A stretch of 64,000 nt of DNA from Patescibacteria group bacterium (GCA_041651015.1 JBAZKA010000001.1:205158-269157), one strand, 5' to 3'; shown: positions 1 through 9,784, numbered from the stretch's first letter. The notes: a model not told the origin generated them from the letters alone. Translations and numbers: made by a program.

Positions 1-288
1 AAAAATATCCCAAGTGATTATGAAGGTGTGATGGGTGTGCCGATTAGTATTATGGATAAATATAGTCCGGAGCAGTTTATAATTTTAGGAACAAATGATA
101 ATGGTCTTGTTGATGATAAATATAAGAAAACACCAGGTCTAACAAGAGAATTTGTTGACGATTATTACAAAGCTGGCGGTACAGGGGCATATAAGGAAGG
201 CAACCCAACAGCTGGTTATTACGAGAACAACATTGCAAAGATGGCATATAAAAGAATTTTTATAAAGCACAAGAAAGTCAAAAAATAA
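1..288 (+). CDS. Adenine-specific DNA methyltransferase, EcoRI-methylase family, C-terminal part (5' truncated by window)
   Basis: Frame is open from base 1 (KNIPSDYEGVMGVPISIMDKYSPEQFIILG...YKRIFIKHK), matching the IPxDYxGxMGVPI..DKY.PEQF C-terminal signature of this family. A DUF262-HNH gene, its usual partner, lies nearby. Confidence 0.8.
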   Translation, partial: KNIPSDYEGVMGVPISIMDKYSPEQFIILGTNDNGLVDDKYKKTPGLTREFVDDYYKAGGTGAYKEGNPTAGYYENNIAKMAYKRIFIKHKKVKK

Positions 289-291
289 ATT

Positions 292-1650
292 ATGAAAAAT
301 AAATTTAAAGAATTTTATCGATATAAGGATAACGAAATAGAAAAAATCTGGAAGGAGTGTATTTTTGTTTTTGATACAAATATTCTTTTAGATCTTTATA
401 GATATAGCAAATCAACCTCAGATAAATTTATCAAAATACTGAAAAAAATAACCCAAGAAGAAAGATTGTGGTTGCCTCACCAAGTAGGTTTAGAATTTAA
501 CAAAAAGAGAATAATTTTGATATCTGACCTGAAGAAATCATATTCTGACATAAAAGAAACTATTGAAAATTCGTTTAATGATGCTCAAAAGAAAATTGAC
601 GATAAATATCACAAAGAACATCCTTTTATAAATTTAAAAGAAATTGAATCAGAAATTGAAAAATGCAAAAAGATCATTTCAAAAACCATAGAAACGAATG
701 AAAAAAGTCATCCCGATTGGTTCAATAAGGATGAAATTTTTGAAGCGATAACAGAAATATTTGAAAATAAAGTTGGAGATGAATATAAAAAAGAAGAACT
801 TTCAAAAATATTTGAAGAAGGAAAGGAAAGATACGCAAACAAGATACCTCCTGGTTATGAAGATTTAAAAAATAAGGAAGATGGTAGAGAATACGGCGAT
901 CTGATTTTATGGTTTCAGATAATTGATATGGCGAAATCATCTAAGAAATCGATTGTTTTTATAACCCGAGATAATAAATCAGATTGGTGGTGGAAACAAT
1001 CAGGAGATACTATCGGTCCTCGACACGAATTAAAATATGAGATAAATAAAAAGGCAGGTGTTGATTTCCATATGTACAGTTCCGAAAAATTTTTAGAGTA
1101 TGCATCAGATTATTACAAAGAAACAGTTGACCAAAAATCAATCAAAGAGGTCAAGAGAATGAGCCGTCTTTTAGAAGAAAAAAATTATATAATGCATAAA
1201 ATGATGAATTTAAAATGGTTTAAGACCCCTTTTGTTCACGAATTTATTATGCAACAGGAAATGCTTAATAAAGAGCTGGCTAATCTTGTTAGAGAGACGC
1301 ACATAGATGAAGAGATTTTATTTGAATTTAGTAGAAATCAAGAAAGAGTTATGCATTTTATAGAACATATTTCAAATGAGGAAAGACCGCACCCTATGAT
1401 GTTTGAGGAGTTGTCTATGCTCAAAGAAAAAATGCAAATAGGATTGTTAGACTTTATGAAATCAAGAGAGATGGATGAGCGTCAAAAAGAATACCTAATG
1501 AGATTTCTTGAAAGAATGAATGAATCCTATATGATGTTAATAAGGTGTGCAGATAAGGAAGGTGTTTTTGAAAAATATTATCATAGAAATAAAATAAATA
1601 ATCATCGGTTGCAAAGATATTTAAGAGATGATGTAGAGTTAGAAAGTTAA
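292..1650 (+). CDS. PIN-like domain protein (PIN_8/DUF4935 type) with helical C-terminal extension
   Basis: Motifs VFDTNILLDLYRYS, LWLPHQVGLEF, RYANKIPPGYED, YGDLILWFQII and FITRDNKSDWW are typical of this PIN subfamily. Confidence 0.8.
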   Translation: MKNKFKEFYRYKDNEIEKIWKECIFVFDTNILLDLYRYSKSTSDKFIKILKKITQEERLWLPHQVGLEFNKKRIILISDLKKSYSDIKETIENSFNDAQKKIDDKYHKEHPFINLKEIESEIEKCKKIISKTIETNEKSHPDWFNKDEIFEAITEIFENKVGDEYKKEELSKIFEEGKERYANKIPPGYEDLKNKEDGREYGDLILWFQIIDMAKSSKKSIVFITRDNKSDWWWKQSGDTIGPRHELKYEINKKAGVDFHMYSSEKFLEYASDYYKETVDQKSIKEVKRMSRLLEEKNYIMHKMMNLKWFKTPFVHEFIMQQEMLNKELANLVRETHIDEEILFEFSRNQERVMHFIEHISNEERPHPMMFEELSMLKEKMQIGLLDFMKSREMDERQKEYLMRFLERMNESYMMLIRCADKEGVFEKYYHRNKINNHRLQRYLRDDVELES

Positions 1651-1665
1651 ATTATAAACAATAAT

Positions 1666-2835
1666 ATGAAAACCACACTAAAAACCAATATCACGGTCAA
1701 GGATATTTGCGACGGGTTTGTCTATAATGAATTGGAAGGTAAGGGCTTATTTGGTTTGTCCGGCAAGCTCACAATCCAGCCGGAGTATCAGCGTAATTAT
1801 ATTTATGCCTCGGACGGCGGAAAAAGAGAAATGGCCGTTATTGAATCAATCCTCAAAGGTTACCCAATCGGCTTGATATATTTTAATAAAGTTTCTGAAA
1901 ACAATTTGGAAGTTTTGGACGGACAACAACGCATCACCAGCGTCGGGCGTTTCGTCACCGATAAATTTGCCATCAAAGATGAAAATGGCATGGAACAATA
2001 TTTTGGCGGTATGGCCAAAGACAAGAAAGCCAAGATAATGGAAACAAAATTACTTATTTATGAATGTGAAGGAACGGAAAGTCAAATAAAAGAATGGTTT
2101 AAAACGATTAATATCGCCGGTGTTCCGCTCAATAATCAGGAGTTGCTTAATGCTGTGTATTCCGGGCCGTTTGTGACACTTGGCAAGGAGGAATTTAGTA
2201 ATAGCCAAAATGCCAACATACAAAAATGGAGCGCGTATGTATCGGGTAGCGCGAACCGGCAAGATTTTTTGGAATGCGCGCTGGACTGGGTGAGCAAAGG
2301 CAATATCGGAGACTATATGAGCAGTCATCGATTTGATAAAAATATTACCGAGCTGAAAAAATATTTTAACAGCGTAGTTGACTGGGCATCAAGCGTGTTT
2401 ACTGATGTGGAAAGTGAAATGCGCGTATTGGAGTGGGGGAGATTGTACGAAGAGTACCACAAAAAAGCGTATAATTCTGCGAAAGTTTCTGCCGACGTAC
2501 AAAAGCTCTATGCAGATCCGTATATCAAAAATCGTAAAGGCATTTTTGAATATATCTTGGGCGGTTCTATAGACACAAAATTGCTTGAGGTTAGATTTTT
2601 TGATGACGCAACCAAAAAATTGGTATACAAAGAACAAACGACTAAAGCGGAAAAGAAAAGAGAATCTAACTGTCCGGATTGTGCTCTTGGGCATGAGGCA
2701 AATAAAGATAAAATTTGGAAACCAGACGAAATGGACGCCGACCATGTAACTGCGTGGAGCAAGGGAGGAAAAACAGCATCAAAAAATTGCCAGATGTTGT
2801 GTAAGACGCATAATCGAGCAAAGGGGAATCGATAA
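1666..2835 (+). CDS. DUF262 (ParB-like) + HNH endonuclease, putative restriction component
   Basis: [11 protein letters not shown] and [10 protein letters not shown] (DUF262); C-terminal CPDC...[14 protein letters not shown]...[13 protein letters not shown] (HNH). Confidence 0.85.
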   Translation: MKTTLKTNITVKDICDGFVYNELEGKGLFGLSGKLTIQPEYQRNYIYASDGGKREMAVIESILKGYPIGLIYFNKVSENNLEVLDGQQRITSVGRFVTDKFAIKDENGMEQYFGGMAKDKKAKIMETKLLIYECEGTESQIKEWFKTINIAGVPLNNQELLNAVYSGPFVTLGKEEFSNSQNANIQKWSAYVSGSANRQDFLECALDWVSKGNIGDYMSSHRFDKNITELKKYFNSVVDWASSVFTDVESEMRVLEWGRLYEEYHKKAYNSAKVSADVQKLYADPYIKNRKGIFEYILGGSIDTKLLEVRFFDDATKKLVYKEQTTKAEKKRESNCPDCALGHEANKDKIWKPDEMDADHVTAWSKGGKTASKNCQMLCKTHNRAKGNR

Positions 2836-2885
2836 TAAAAAAATTATCAAAGTAAAATTACTAAATTTTTAGGAGGATAAAAAAT

Positions 2886-4298
2886 ATGACAAAAGAAGAA
2901 GTATTAAAAAAAATTAAATATGGTTTAGAAATATCAAGCGAACTTCCTGATCTTGAATTTAAGACTGCGGCGAGCAGCATTCCAAACGATATTTGGAGAA
3001 CTATCTCCGCTTTTGCGAATCGAAGAGGTGGGGGACTTGTTGTGTTCGGAGTTAACCAACAGGAAAACAAGATAACCGGTTGTTTTAATTTAGACCAGAT
3101 GCAAACTAAACTTACGGAATATTTTAATGATAAGATGAGTTTTGTTTTGCGACCGGAATATCACGTGATTGAAGACGGAGGGAAAAATATTTTAGCCGTT
3201 GTTATTCCGGAATGCCCAAAGGATTATATGCCCTGCTATTTTAAACCGATCGGACTTCCAAACGGCGCATATATTCGTGAGGCAAATACCAGTAGGATGA
3301 TTACCGATAATGAATTCAGAACATATGTCGCGACTTCAAAAGAATTTCAATTTGATTTGTCGGAAGCGGTGAATACCGATAAAGACGAAATTTCTACATC
3401 CAAAGTGACAAATCTGCTTGAACAAAGCGAATCTCAGGTGAAAAGAGGAGCGACACATATTATTGATGACACAGTACTTGAAAATTTAGGGATTATTTCC
3501 TCGTTTGATGGTGGGTATAAACCCACTATTGGAGGATATTTAATATTTGCTAAAATAATACCGCAAAACAAAAACCCCTACAATCGGTATACCGTTCGAT
3601 GTATTCGTTATGCTGGAAGCGATCCGTCATCTAAAATTATTGATGCTGTGGACATAACGGGAACGCTTGATTCTCAAATTGATGATGCTTACAAATTTGT
3701 TTTAAAAAATATCGCTAAAGATGCTGTAATTATTGGTACTAAGCGCGTTGAACGCTATGAATATCCTGAAGAAGGCGTTCGAGAATTAATAGCAAACGCC
3801 ATTATTCATCGCGACTATAAAATCATTGAAACATATACCCAAATACGAGTATTTAAAGATAGGATTGAAATAATTAATCCCGGATCTCTTCCACCCGGTG
3901 TTACAGTAGACAATATTAAAGAAGCGCAGTTCAGTCGCAATTCTATGATTGCCGCGAGACTTAAGGATATGCGCTATTTGGAAGAATATGGGCGCGGCAT
4001 TGATATTGTTATAAAGAAAATGTCTGATTGGAATTTACCCGATCCGTTATTTAGAAATTCTGTGAATAGTTTTGAAGCAATTCTTTTGGGCAATACATAC
4101 CGCGAGATTAATGATCGTCAAGCAAAAGTCATCGATGTTTTACTTATAAAAGGACGGCTTACTGTTCACGACTGCCAAAAAATATTAAAAGGAACGCCGA
4201 GGGCAACCATTAACAGCGATCTAAAAAAGTTAAGAGACCTTGGAATTTTGGTGCCAAATGGTGCCTCTGTCAATACATATTATACACTCTCTTTTTAG
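2886..4298 (+). CDS. Schlafen/AlbA_2 domain + HATPase_c_4 + C-terminal wHTH protein (often annotated RecG-like or transcriptional regulator)
   Basis: LEFKTA...ISAFANRRGGGLVVFGV (AlbA_2); YPEEGVRELIANAIIHRDY, IEIINPGSLP, SRNSMIA, EEYGRGI (HATPase_c_4); HTH tail ATINSDLKKL; AGGAGG SD upstream. Confidence 0.85.
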   Translation: MTKEEVLKKIKYGLEISSELPDLEFKTAASSIPNDIWRTISAFANRRGGGLVVFGVNQQENKITGCFNLDQMQTKLTEYFNDKMSFVLRPEYHVIEDGGKNILAVVIPECPKDYMPCYFKPIGLPNGAYIREANTSRMITDNEFRTYVATSKEFQFDLSEAVNTDKDEISTSKVTNLLEQSESQVKRGATHIIDDTVLENLGIISSFDGGYKPTIGGYLIFAKIIPQNKNPYNRYTVRCIRYAGSDPSSKIIDAVDITGTLDSQIDDAYKFVLKNIAKDAVIIGTKRVERYEYPEEGVRELIANAIIHRDYKIIETYTQIRVFKDRIEIINPGSLPPGVTVDNIKEAQFSRNSMIAARLKDMRYLEEYGRGIDIVIKKMSDWNLPDPLFRNSVNSFEAILLGNTYREINDRQAKVIDVLLIKGRLTVHDCQKILKGTPRATINSDLKKLRDLGILVPNGASVNTYYTLSF

Positions 4299-4451
4299 AG
4301 GCTTTTAGAGGCAATGTCGAAAAGTCGCATAAAATAGGCCTTCCAACAGGTAAAATCAGGTATAGACATTTAAAGGCAATTATTACGAGCTGTTTACAAA
4401 AAGTTGAAAAAACTCTATTTGAAATAAAGAAAAGTAGCATAAAGTGCTAAT

Positions 4452-4979
4452 ATGAAAGATTCAATTGAAGAAAATTTAGCGTTTAAATTAACGGCGTATC
4501 TCGGTTTGCTAGGTGCGTGGTTATATTTAGTAAATCATTATCTTTCGTTCATTCCCTTGGGACCCAAATCGTTCATTCCATGGTGTGTGATTGTGCTTAG
4601 CTACGTACTATTTTATCCAATTGTTCAATTGACAATGATGCTCGTGTACACATCACTTTATCAAGTGCAAGTAGAGAAAGAGAAAATAGAGGAGATTAAA
4701 TCAAAATACGAAAGACACGCGAAAGAATTTTTTAATTGGTGGTCAATAGCGATATTACTAGCGCCTGCTTTCATAATAATTTCGTTTTTTCCGGATAAGT
4801 ACTGGTATCTTATAATTATATTCTCAATATTATGCGTGTTTATTATATGGTTTGTATGTTTTAAAAATATATTCGCGCTCAAAGACAGTATAAAATATTT
4901 TCAGTTTTTTTGGAAAAGATTATTAATATATACTTGTTTTTTTGCGGCACTCGTTTTTGCTCTATATAATTCAAGATAA
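4452..4979 (+). CDS. Hypothetical multi-pass membrane protein
   Basis: 175-aa ORF with several hydrophobic segments, AT-rich, ending just before the flippase start. Confidence 0.55.
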   Translation: MKDSIEENLAFKLTAYLGLLGAWLYLVNHYLSFIPLGPKSFIPWCVIVLSYVLFYPIVQLTMMLVYTSLYQVQVEKEKIEEIKSKYERHAKEFFNWWSIAILLAPAFIIISFFPDKYWYLIIIFSILCVFIIWFVCFKNIFALKDSIKYFQFFWKRLLIYTCFFAALVFALYNSR

Positions 4980-4984
4980 ATAAA

Positions 4985-6412
4985 ATGTCCTACACCGTCG
5001 CCAAAAACACATCATTCCTCACCGCCGCGTCCATCGGACAAAAGCTGATTTCTTTTGTTTATTTTACGATTGTCGCCCGGCTCATCGGAGTAGAGAACAC
5101 GGGCCAATATTTTTTCGCTTTGACTTATCAAAGCATATTCGCCGTGGTGGCGGATTTCGGCTCGGCCGCGGTCCTGACGCGCGAGATGGCGAAGTTTCCG
5201 GAAAAAATCCAATCAATATTTTCCACCGCCCTGGGCAACAAACTTTTGTTCGGTTCAGTCGCGTATATTTTGGTGGCCGTGTCTGTCAATGTGCTCGGCT
5301 ATGCCCCTGATGTAAAGAATCTGATTTATCTCGCGGGCGCGACCATGTTTTTTGATAACTTCCACTCGTTGTTTTATGCCGTGTTCCGCGCCAACCGCAA
5401 TTTGAAATATGAATCTTTCGGCATTGTCGGTTCGCAATTTTTGACTTTGATCGTGGGCTCAGTCGCCCTTATCAATCACTGGTCCCTGATTTGGCTCATC
5501 GCTGCCTACACCATCCCGAGCGTTTTGAATGTTTTGTATTCGGGATTTTTTGTTTTGCGTACCACGGCCGTCCGTCTCAAATTATCTTTTGAAAAATCCA
5601 TGTGGCGCGAGTTTTTGATTATGGCCTGGCCGTTTGCTTGCGCCGGCATTATCGGCCGGTTGTATTCGTATAGCGACAGTTTGCTCATGTCCAAAATGCT
5701 CACCGGACGGGAACTGGGCGCGTGGAGCGTGCCGTACAAAATCACTTTTGCTTTTCAGTTTGTCGCCTTGTCCTTGTCCGCGAGCGTTTATCCGGTTTTT
5801 AGCGCGCTTTGGACCACGGACAAACCGGCCCTCGCGAAATTATTTGAAAAATCCTGGCGCTATTTGTTTAGTATTGTCTTTCCACTTTCGGCCGGCATCT
5901 TTGCTATTGCCGCGCAATTTATCATGAAGGTTTATGGCGCGGATTACGCGGATTCAATTTTTCCTTTACGCGTGTTGTCCATCAGTTTGGTGTTCGGCTA
6001 CTTGGCGATTATTTGCGCTTCCATGTTGAACGCCATCGGCCAGCAACGCAAACAAACCTTGCTTATGTCCATCGCCCTGGTCGCGAGTGTTGCCAGTAAT
6101 CTAGTTTTGCTTCCGCGCTATGGTATAAACGGCGCGGCCTTTTCCGCGTTATTCAGTAATTTTCTGATGTGGGGAATCGCTTTCGTGTTTGTAAAAAAAT
6201 ACACAAACGTGGATTGTAAAATCATTTTCAAATACGCTTTACAAACATTGGTGCCGGCTTTTATCATGGGCGCTTTGGTTTATTGGCTGTGCGCGCGGAT
6301 GAGTTTTGTTATTGCCGCGCCCATTGGCGCTGTTGTCTATTTTGCTTTACTGTTTTTGACCGGCGGATTGAACAAAGAAATTATCAATGAAGTTAAGACA
6401 AAAATGCTATGA
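4985..6412 (+). CDS. Polysaccharide flippase (Wzx/MOP family)
   Basis: N-terminal VAKNTSFL..., ARLIGVENTGQY, DFG..AVLTREMA, many TM helices; located in a glycosyltransferase cluster. Confidence 0.85.
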   Translation: MSYTVAKNTSFLTAASIGQKLISFVYFTIVARLIGVENTGQYFFALTYQSIFAVVADFGSAAVLTREMAKFPEKIQSIFSTALGNKLLFGSVAYILVAVSVNVLGYAPDVKNLIYLAGATMFFDNFHSLFYAVFRANRNLKYESFGIVGSQFLTLIVGSVALINHWSLIWLIAAYTIPSVLNVLYSGFFVLRTTAVRLKLSFEKSMWREFLIMAWPFACAGIIGRLYSYSDSLLMSKMLTGRELGAWSVPYKITFAFQFVALSLSASVYPVFSALWTTDKPALAKLFEKSWRYLFSIVFPLSAGIFAIAAQFIMKVYGADYADSIFPLRVLSISLVFGYLAIICASMLNAIGQQRKQTLLMSIALVASVASNLVLLPRYGINGAAFSALFSNFLMWGIAFVFVKKYTNVDCKIIFKYALQTLVPAFIMGALVYWLCARMSFVIAAPIGAVVYFALLFLTGGLNKEIINEVKTKML

Positions 6413-7521
6413 AAACATTAATCATCACCCTTGAGTATCCGCCTCAGATCGGCGGTATCGCTTCATACGCCTACAATCTGGCCAAACATTTACCGGCCGA
6501 GGAGACGTTTGTCTGGTCTCCAACTATGACGGGCGATGTTGATTTTGACGCGAAAAATCCGTGGAAAACATTTCGCGGTAAACCGTATTATGTTTTCTTT
6601 TGGCCTCGCTGGCTTCGTTGGTACCGGCAAATCAAAAAAATCGTGAAGCAAGAAAAGATTGAACGCCTGCTCATCCAGCATGCCTTGCCCGGGGGATACA
6701 TCGGCTACATGATAAATAAATTACTCAAAGTGCCGTATCGCGTATTTTTTCATGGCTCGGATTTGGAAATTGGTTTAAAAAAGAAATTGAAAAAATTAAC
6801 ATTGGTTTGCGCCAAAGCCGAGAAAATAATTGTCAGCAGTGAGTTTTTGAAAACAAAAATATTGTCGCGTTGTGAAAATATCGCGCCCGTGATCGTGGTG
6901 CATCCGGCGCCGGGTGATCATTTCCTCACGCCGATCAAGCCCGAGGAAGTGGCCTCGGTGCGCCGTTCCTTGGCTTTGGACGGTAAGAATGTTATTATTT
7001 CGGTCGGACGCATTGCCGAGGGTAAAGGCTTCCCGCATCTGATGCGCTTGTTGCCAAAAATTGTGAAGCGCGTGCCTAATGCTGTTTTGCTTCTCATTGG
7101 CGACGGCCCGAAACGAAAAGCGCTTTTGGAATCCATCCAAGCAAATGGTTTGCAAAATTGCGTGCGCTATTTGGGCTTTATTCCCAATGAAGAATTGCCG
7201 AAATATTATCAGGCGGCGGATTTGTTTGCGCTCCTCACGCATCGTGATGAAAAATCCGAAGAAGGTTGGGGGACAGTATATATGGAAGCGGCCGCGTGCG
7301 GATTGCCGATTGTCGCGGGCAATGTGGGCGGAGTGGAGGAGGCGGTCAAACATTTGCAGACTGGAATTTTGGTGGATACGTATCAGGAGCTGGAAGTGAT
7401 TGGCGCGGTTTGCGATTTACTTTTGAAAGATGACTACGCGCGCGCTATGGGCTCGGCCGGACGCGAACGTGTTTTGAATGAGTTTGCTTGGGATAAACAA
7501 GTGCAAAAGATAATGGAGTAG
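6409..7521 (+). CDS. Glycosyltransferase family 4
   Basis: EYPPQIGGI N-terminus, VGRIAEGKG, and the GT-B E-x7-E motif EGWGTVYMEAAACGLPIV. Confidence 0.9.
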   Translation: MKTLIITLEYPPQIGGIASYAYNLAKHLPAEETFVWSPTMTGDVDFDAKNPWKTFRGKPYYVFFWPRWLRWYRQIKKIVKQEKIERLLIQHALPGGYIGYMINKLLKVPYRVFFHGSDLEIGLKKKLKKLTLVCAKAEKIIVSSEFLKTKILSRCENIAPVIVVHPAPGDHFLTPIKPEEVASVRRSLALDGKNVIISVGRIAEGKGFPHLMRLLPKIVKRVPNAVLLLIGDGPKRKALLESIQANGLQNCVRYLGFIPNEELPKYYQAADLFALLTHRDEKSEEGWGTVYMEAAACGLPIVAGNVGGVEEAVKHLQTGILVDTYQELEVIGAVCDLLLKDDYARAMGSAGRERVLNEFAWDKQVQKIME

Positions 7522-7536
7522 CCACGTCGTCACTCA

Positions 7537-7619
7537 TGAAATAATTGACCCCTTCCTCCCTAGACTTCGCCCCGTCTGAAGACGGCTCGTCAGATGGTCG
7601 TCAGGAGTAAATTATTTCA
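7537..7619. repeat. Intergenic palindromic element
   Basis: TGAAATAATTGACCCCT pairs imperfectly with AGGAGTAAATTATTTCA; inner hairpin CCGTC-TGAA-GACGG. Confidence 0.6.
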
Positions 7620-7642
7620 CTCGTTATCATTTAATAGACATT

Positions 7643-8446
7643 ATGAGTTTAGTTAGTGTCATAATTCCAATATACAATCACGCCGAGGCGCTTGCGCAAA
7701 GCATGCGCACTCTTTTCGTGCAAACGCATCGGCCATTGGAAATCATCGCCATTAACGACGGCAGTACGGATAATGTGGAACCGGTGATTAAAAAAATTCA
7801 TGATTATTGTCATTCCGACCGAGTCCCGAAGGGACGAGTGGAGGAATCCCTTGACGTTTACGCCGCGACAAGGGATTCTTCGGTCGCAACGCTCCCTCAG
7901 AATGACAAGCAACAAATTGCTTTCAAATACATCACTCAAACCAACCAAGGCGCGCCCGCGGCCCGCAATCGCGGTTTTGCCGAATCAGTCGGCGACTTTG
8001 TGATATTTTGGGACGCGGACACCATTGCCCGGCCCGATATGCTTGAGAAAATGCTTTTGGCTCTCACAAATAACCCGCAAGCATCATACGCTTACTCGGA
8101 TTTTCAATTTGGCTGGAAAAAATTTACCGGACGGGAGTTTAATGCCGATGAATTAAGAAAAAATAATTTTATTGATGTTACCTCGCTCATCCGCCGGGCG
8201 GATTTTTGTGGGTTTGATACGACCATCAAACGATTCCAGGATTGGGATTTGTGGCTGACGCTTTTGAAAAAAAATAAAACCGGCGTCTATGTGCCGGAAA
8301 TGCTTTATCAAAAATTGGTAGGCAAACGAAAGGGGATCAGCGGATGGTTACCGCGCATCGCGTTTAATCTGCCGTGGAAATCCGCGTCTGTTCGCCGGTA
8401 TGAGACGGCGAAGAAGATTGTGGAGACGAAGCATGGGCTAAAATAA
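7643..8446 (+). CDS. Glycosyltransferase family 2 with an in-frame palindromic insertion
   Basis: VSVIIPIYN, INDGSTDN, NQGAPAARNRG, FWDAD (DxD), FQDWDLW; about 34 extra residues between DGSTD and NQG. Confidence 0.9.
   Translation: MSLVSVIIPIYNHAEALAQSMRTLFVQTHRPLEIIAINDGSTDNVEPVIKKIHDYCHSDRVPKGRVEESLDVYAATRDSSVATLPQNDKQQIAFKYITQTNQGAPAARNRGFAESVGDFVIFWDADTIARPDMLEKMLLALTNNPQASYAYSDFQFGWKKFTGREFNADELRKNNFIDVTSLIRRADFCGFDTTIKRFQDWDLWLTLLKKNKTGVYVPEMLYQKLVGKRKGISGWLPRIAFNLPWKSASVRRYETAKKIVETKHGLK
7807..7908. repeat. REP/RPE-like palindromic element (TGTCATTC...GAATGACA) inside the GT2 CDS
   Basis: Terminal IR TTGTCATTC/GAATGACAA; internal stems GTCCC-GAA-GGGAC and GAATCCCTTG...CAAGGGATTC; 102 bp = 34 codons. 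Confidence 0.85.
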
Positions 8447-9782
8447 TGGCAAGAAATATAAACCCGAACACATGAAATAGCGCGGGCGACGTGATATTTA
8501 TTACGAGCAATGCCACGAGCGGCGCGCAGATAACATGCCCGTTAGGGCTTTTTATATGATAAAACGCGGTCATGATAAGCGCAAACCAAATGATGAGCCC
8601 AGTAGCGCCCATCTCGGCCAGAATTTCCAAATACCCCCAGTCAAAATGCGGGGTGGTGATTAATTCGTTGTACACCGGACTCCACACAGTCACTGTGTCG
8701 CCAAGGCCTGTGCCGAATATTGGCGCCGAAGAAATCTTTTCCAGAATTTTGGGCAAGAGCAACATGCGCGAGAGGGAACTCTCTTCAATATGCGGGGCGA
8801 CGATACTGGTGGCGCGCAGTCCGAAATATTCCCAGCCCGGATTAGCTAAACCACCGACCAGAACATGCAAAAATGTGAACCAGCCGAATACGGAAAGCAA
8901 AATCACCGCCGAGTTGATCAGCCATCGGCGCCATAGTGTTTTAGTAAAAGCAAAGCACAAGCCGACGAGCAACGCCAAATAATATATGCGCGTCAGGTTG
9001 ACGGACAATATCGCGGCCGCGGCCGGAAGCGCCATATCGTTCACAAATTCAATTTTTTGTTTGACGCGGGTAATGAAATACAAGGCCACCGGAACAAGCA
9101 AGAGTTGTTCGTTCAAAATCACGCGGAAAAAATTCGCGCCCGTGTCGGTAATTTTACCCCCGCAAACATCGCGGAACCAATGATAATAATTATCTTGCAA
9201 AACAAAAATTCCAAATCCGTACATGAGCGAAGTAAAAACCGTGATCAGTCCGCAACCGATCAGCGCGCCGGCAATCATATTGAAAACTTCGCGTTTGAAT
9301 TTTTCATCGTGAAGCAAATCGCGCAAAGGAAAATAATACAGCAAAAATAAATAGGGGATGAAGTCGGAAATTATCAACGAAAGTACGTGATGGTTGTGAT
9401 AGCCAACGAACGCAGAAATTCCGGCCCAGATAATAAGCGCGAAAATTAGAAGAGATTGCTTCGTCGGCCTTCGGCCTTCTCGCAATGACATAATGAAGTA
9501 GATTCCCACAGACGCAATCAGCAAAAGCGTGCGGAGCGACACCGAACCGACTGAAAGCATATTTCCGCTCCCGCAAAAAATTATTTCACCGGCCACGATG
9601 AGCCAACCCCGCCAATCTTTTTTAATCAGCCAGTACATCGCGAGCGCGAGAACCGCAACCGCGACAATTATGTTCACAATCGAACCCGCGACGAGCGGAG
9701 TGACTGGGGTAAAAAAATACGTAAAAACCCGCACGGCAAAATAACCGGCTAAGTATATAAAAAATTTTTTCGGTGAGAACAT
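8364..9782 (-). CDS. O-antigen ligase/Wzy_C-like membrane protein
   Basis: Multi-TM; SSLSRMLL...PIFGTGLG...HFDWGYLEILAEMGATG resembles the Wzy_C motif; overlaps the 3' end of GT2 convergently. Confidence 0.75.
   Translation of the reverse strand: MFSPKKFFIYLAGYFAVRVFTYFFTPVTPLVAGSIVNIIVAVAVLALAMYWLIKKDWRGWLIVAGEIIFCGSGNMLSVGSVSLRTLLLIASVGIYFIMSLREGRRPTKQSLLIFALIIWAGISAFVGYHNHHVLSLIISDFIPYLFLLYYFPLRDLLHDEKFKREVFNMIAGALIGCGLITVFTSLMYGFGIFVLQDNYYHWFRDVCGGKITDTGANFFRVILNEQLLLVPVALYFITRVKQKIEFVNDMALPAAAAILSVNLTRIYYLALLVGLCFAFTKTLWRRWLINSAVILLSVFGWFTFLHVLVGGLANPGWEYFGLRATSIVAPHIEESSLSRMLLLPKILEKISSAPIFGTGLGDTVTVWSPVYNELITTPHFDWGYLEILAEMGATGLIIWFALIMTAFYHIKSPNGHVICAPLVALLVINITSPALFHVFGFIFLAIILAHASSPQSSSPSHTGEQTRISTAD
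9452..9490 (-). repeat. Half REP/RPE-like element in-frame in the O-antigen ligase gene
   Basis: Minus strand TGTCATTGCGAGAAGGCCGAAGGCCGACGAAGCAATCTC; same TGTCAT terminus as the 7807 and 46268 elements; encodes MSLREGRRPTKQSL. Confidence 0.7.
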
Positions 9783-9784
9783 AA

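Noticed and set aside
4291-4310. Tandem CTTTTAGAGG x2 at the end of the Schlafen gene as an island boundary or att site
   Set aside because: Only 10 bp x2, with no partner copy visible in the window.
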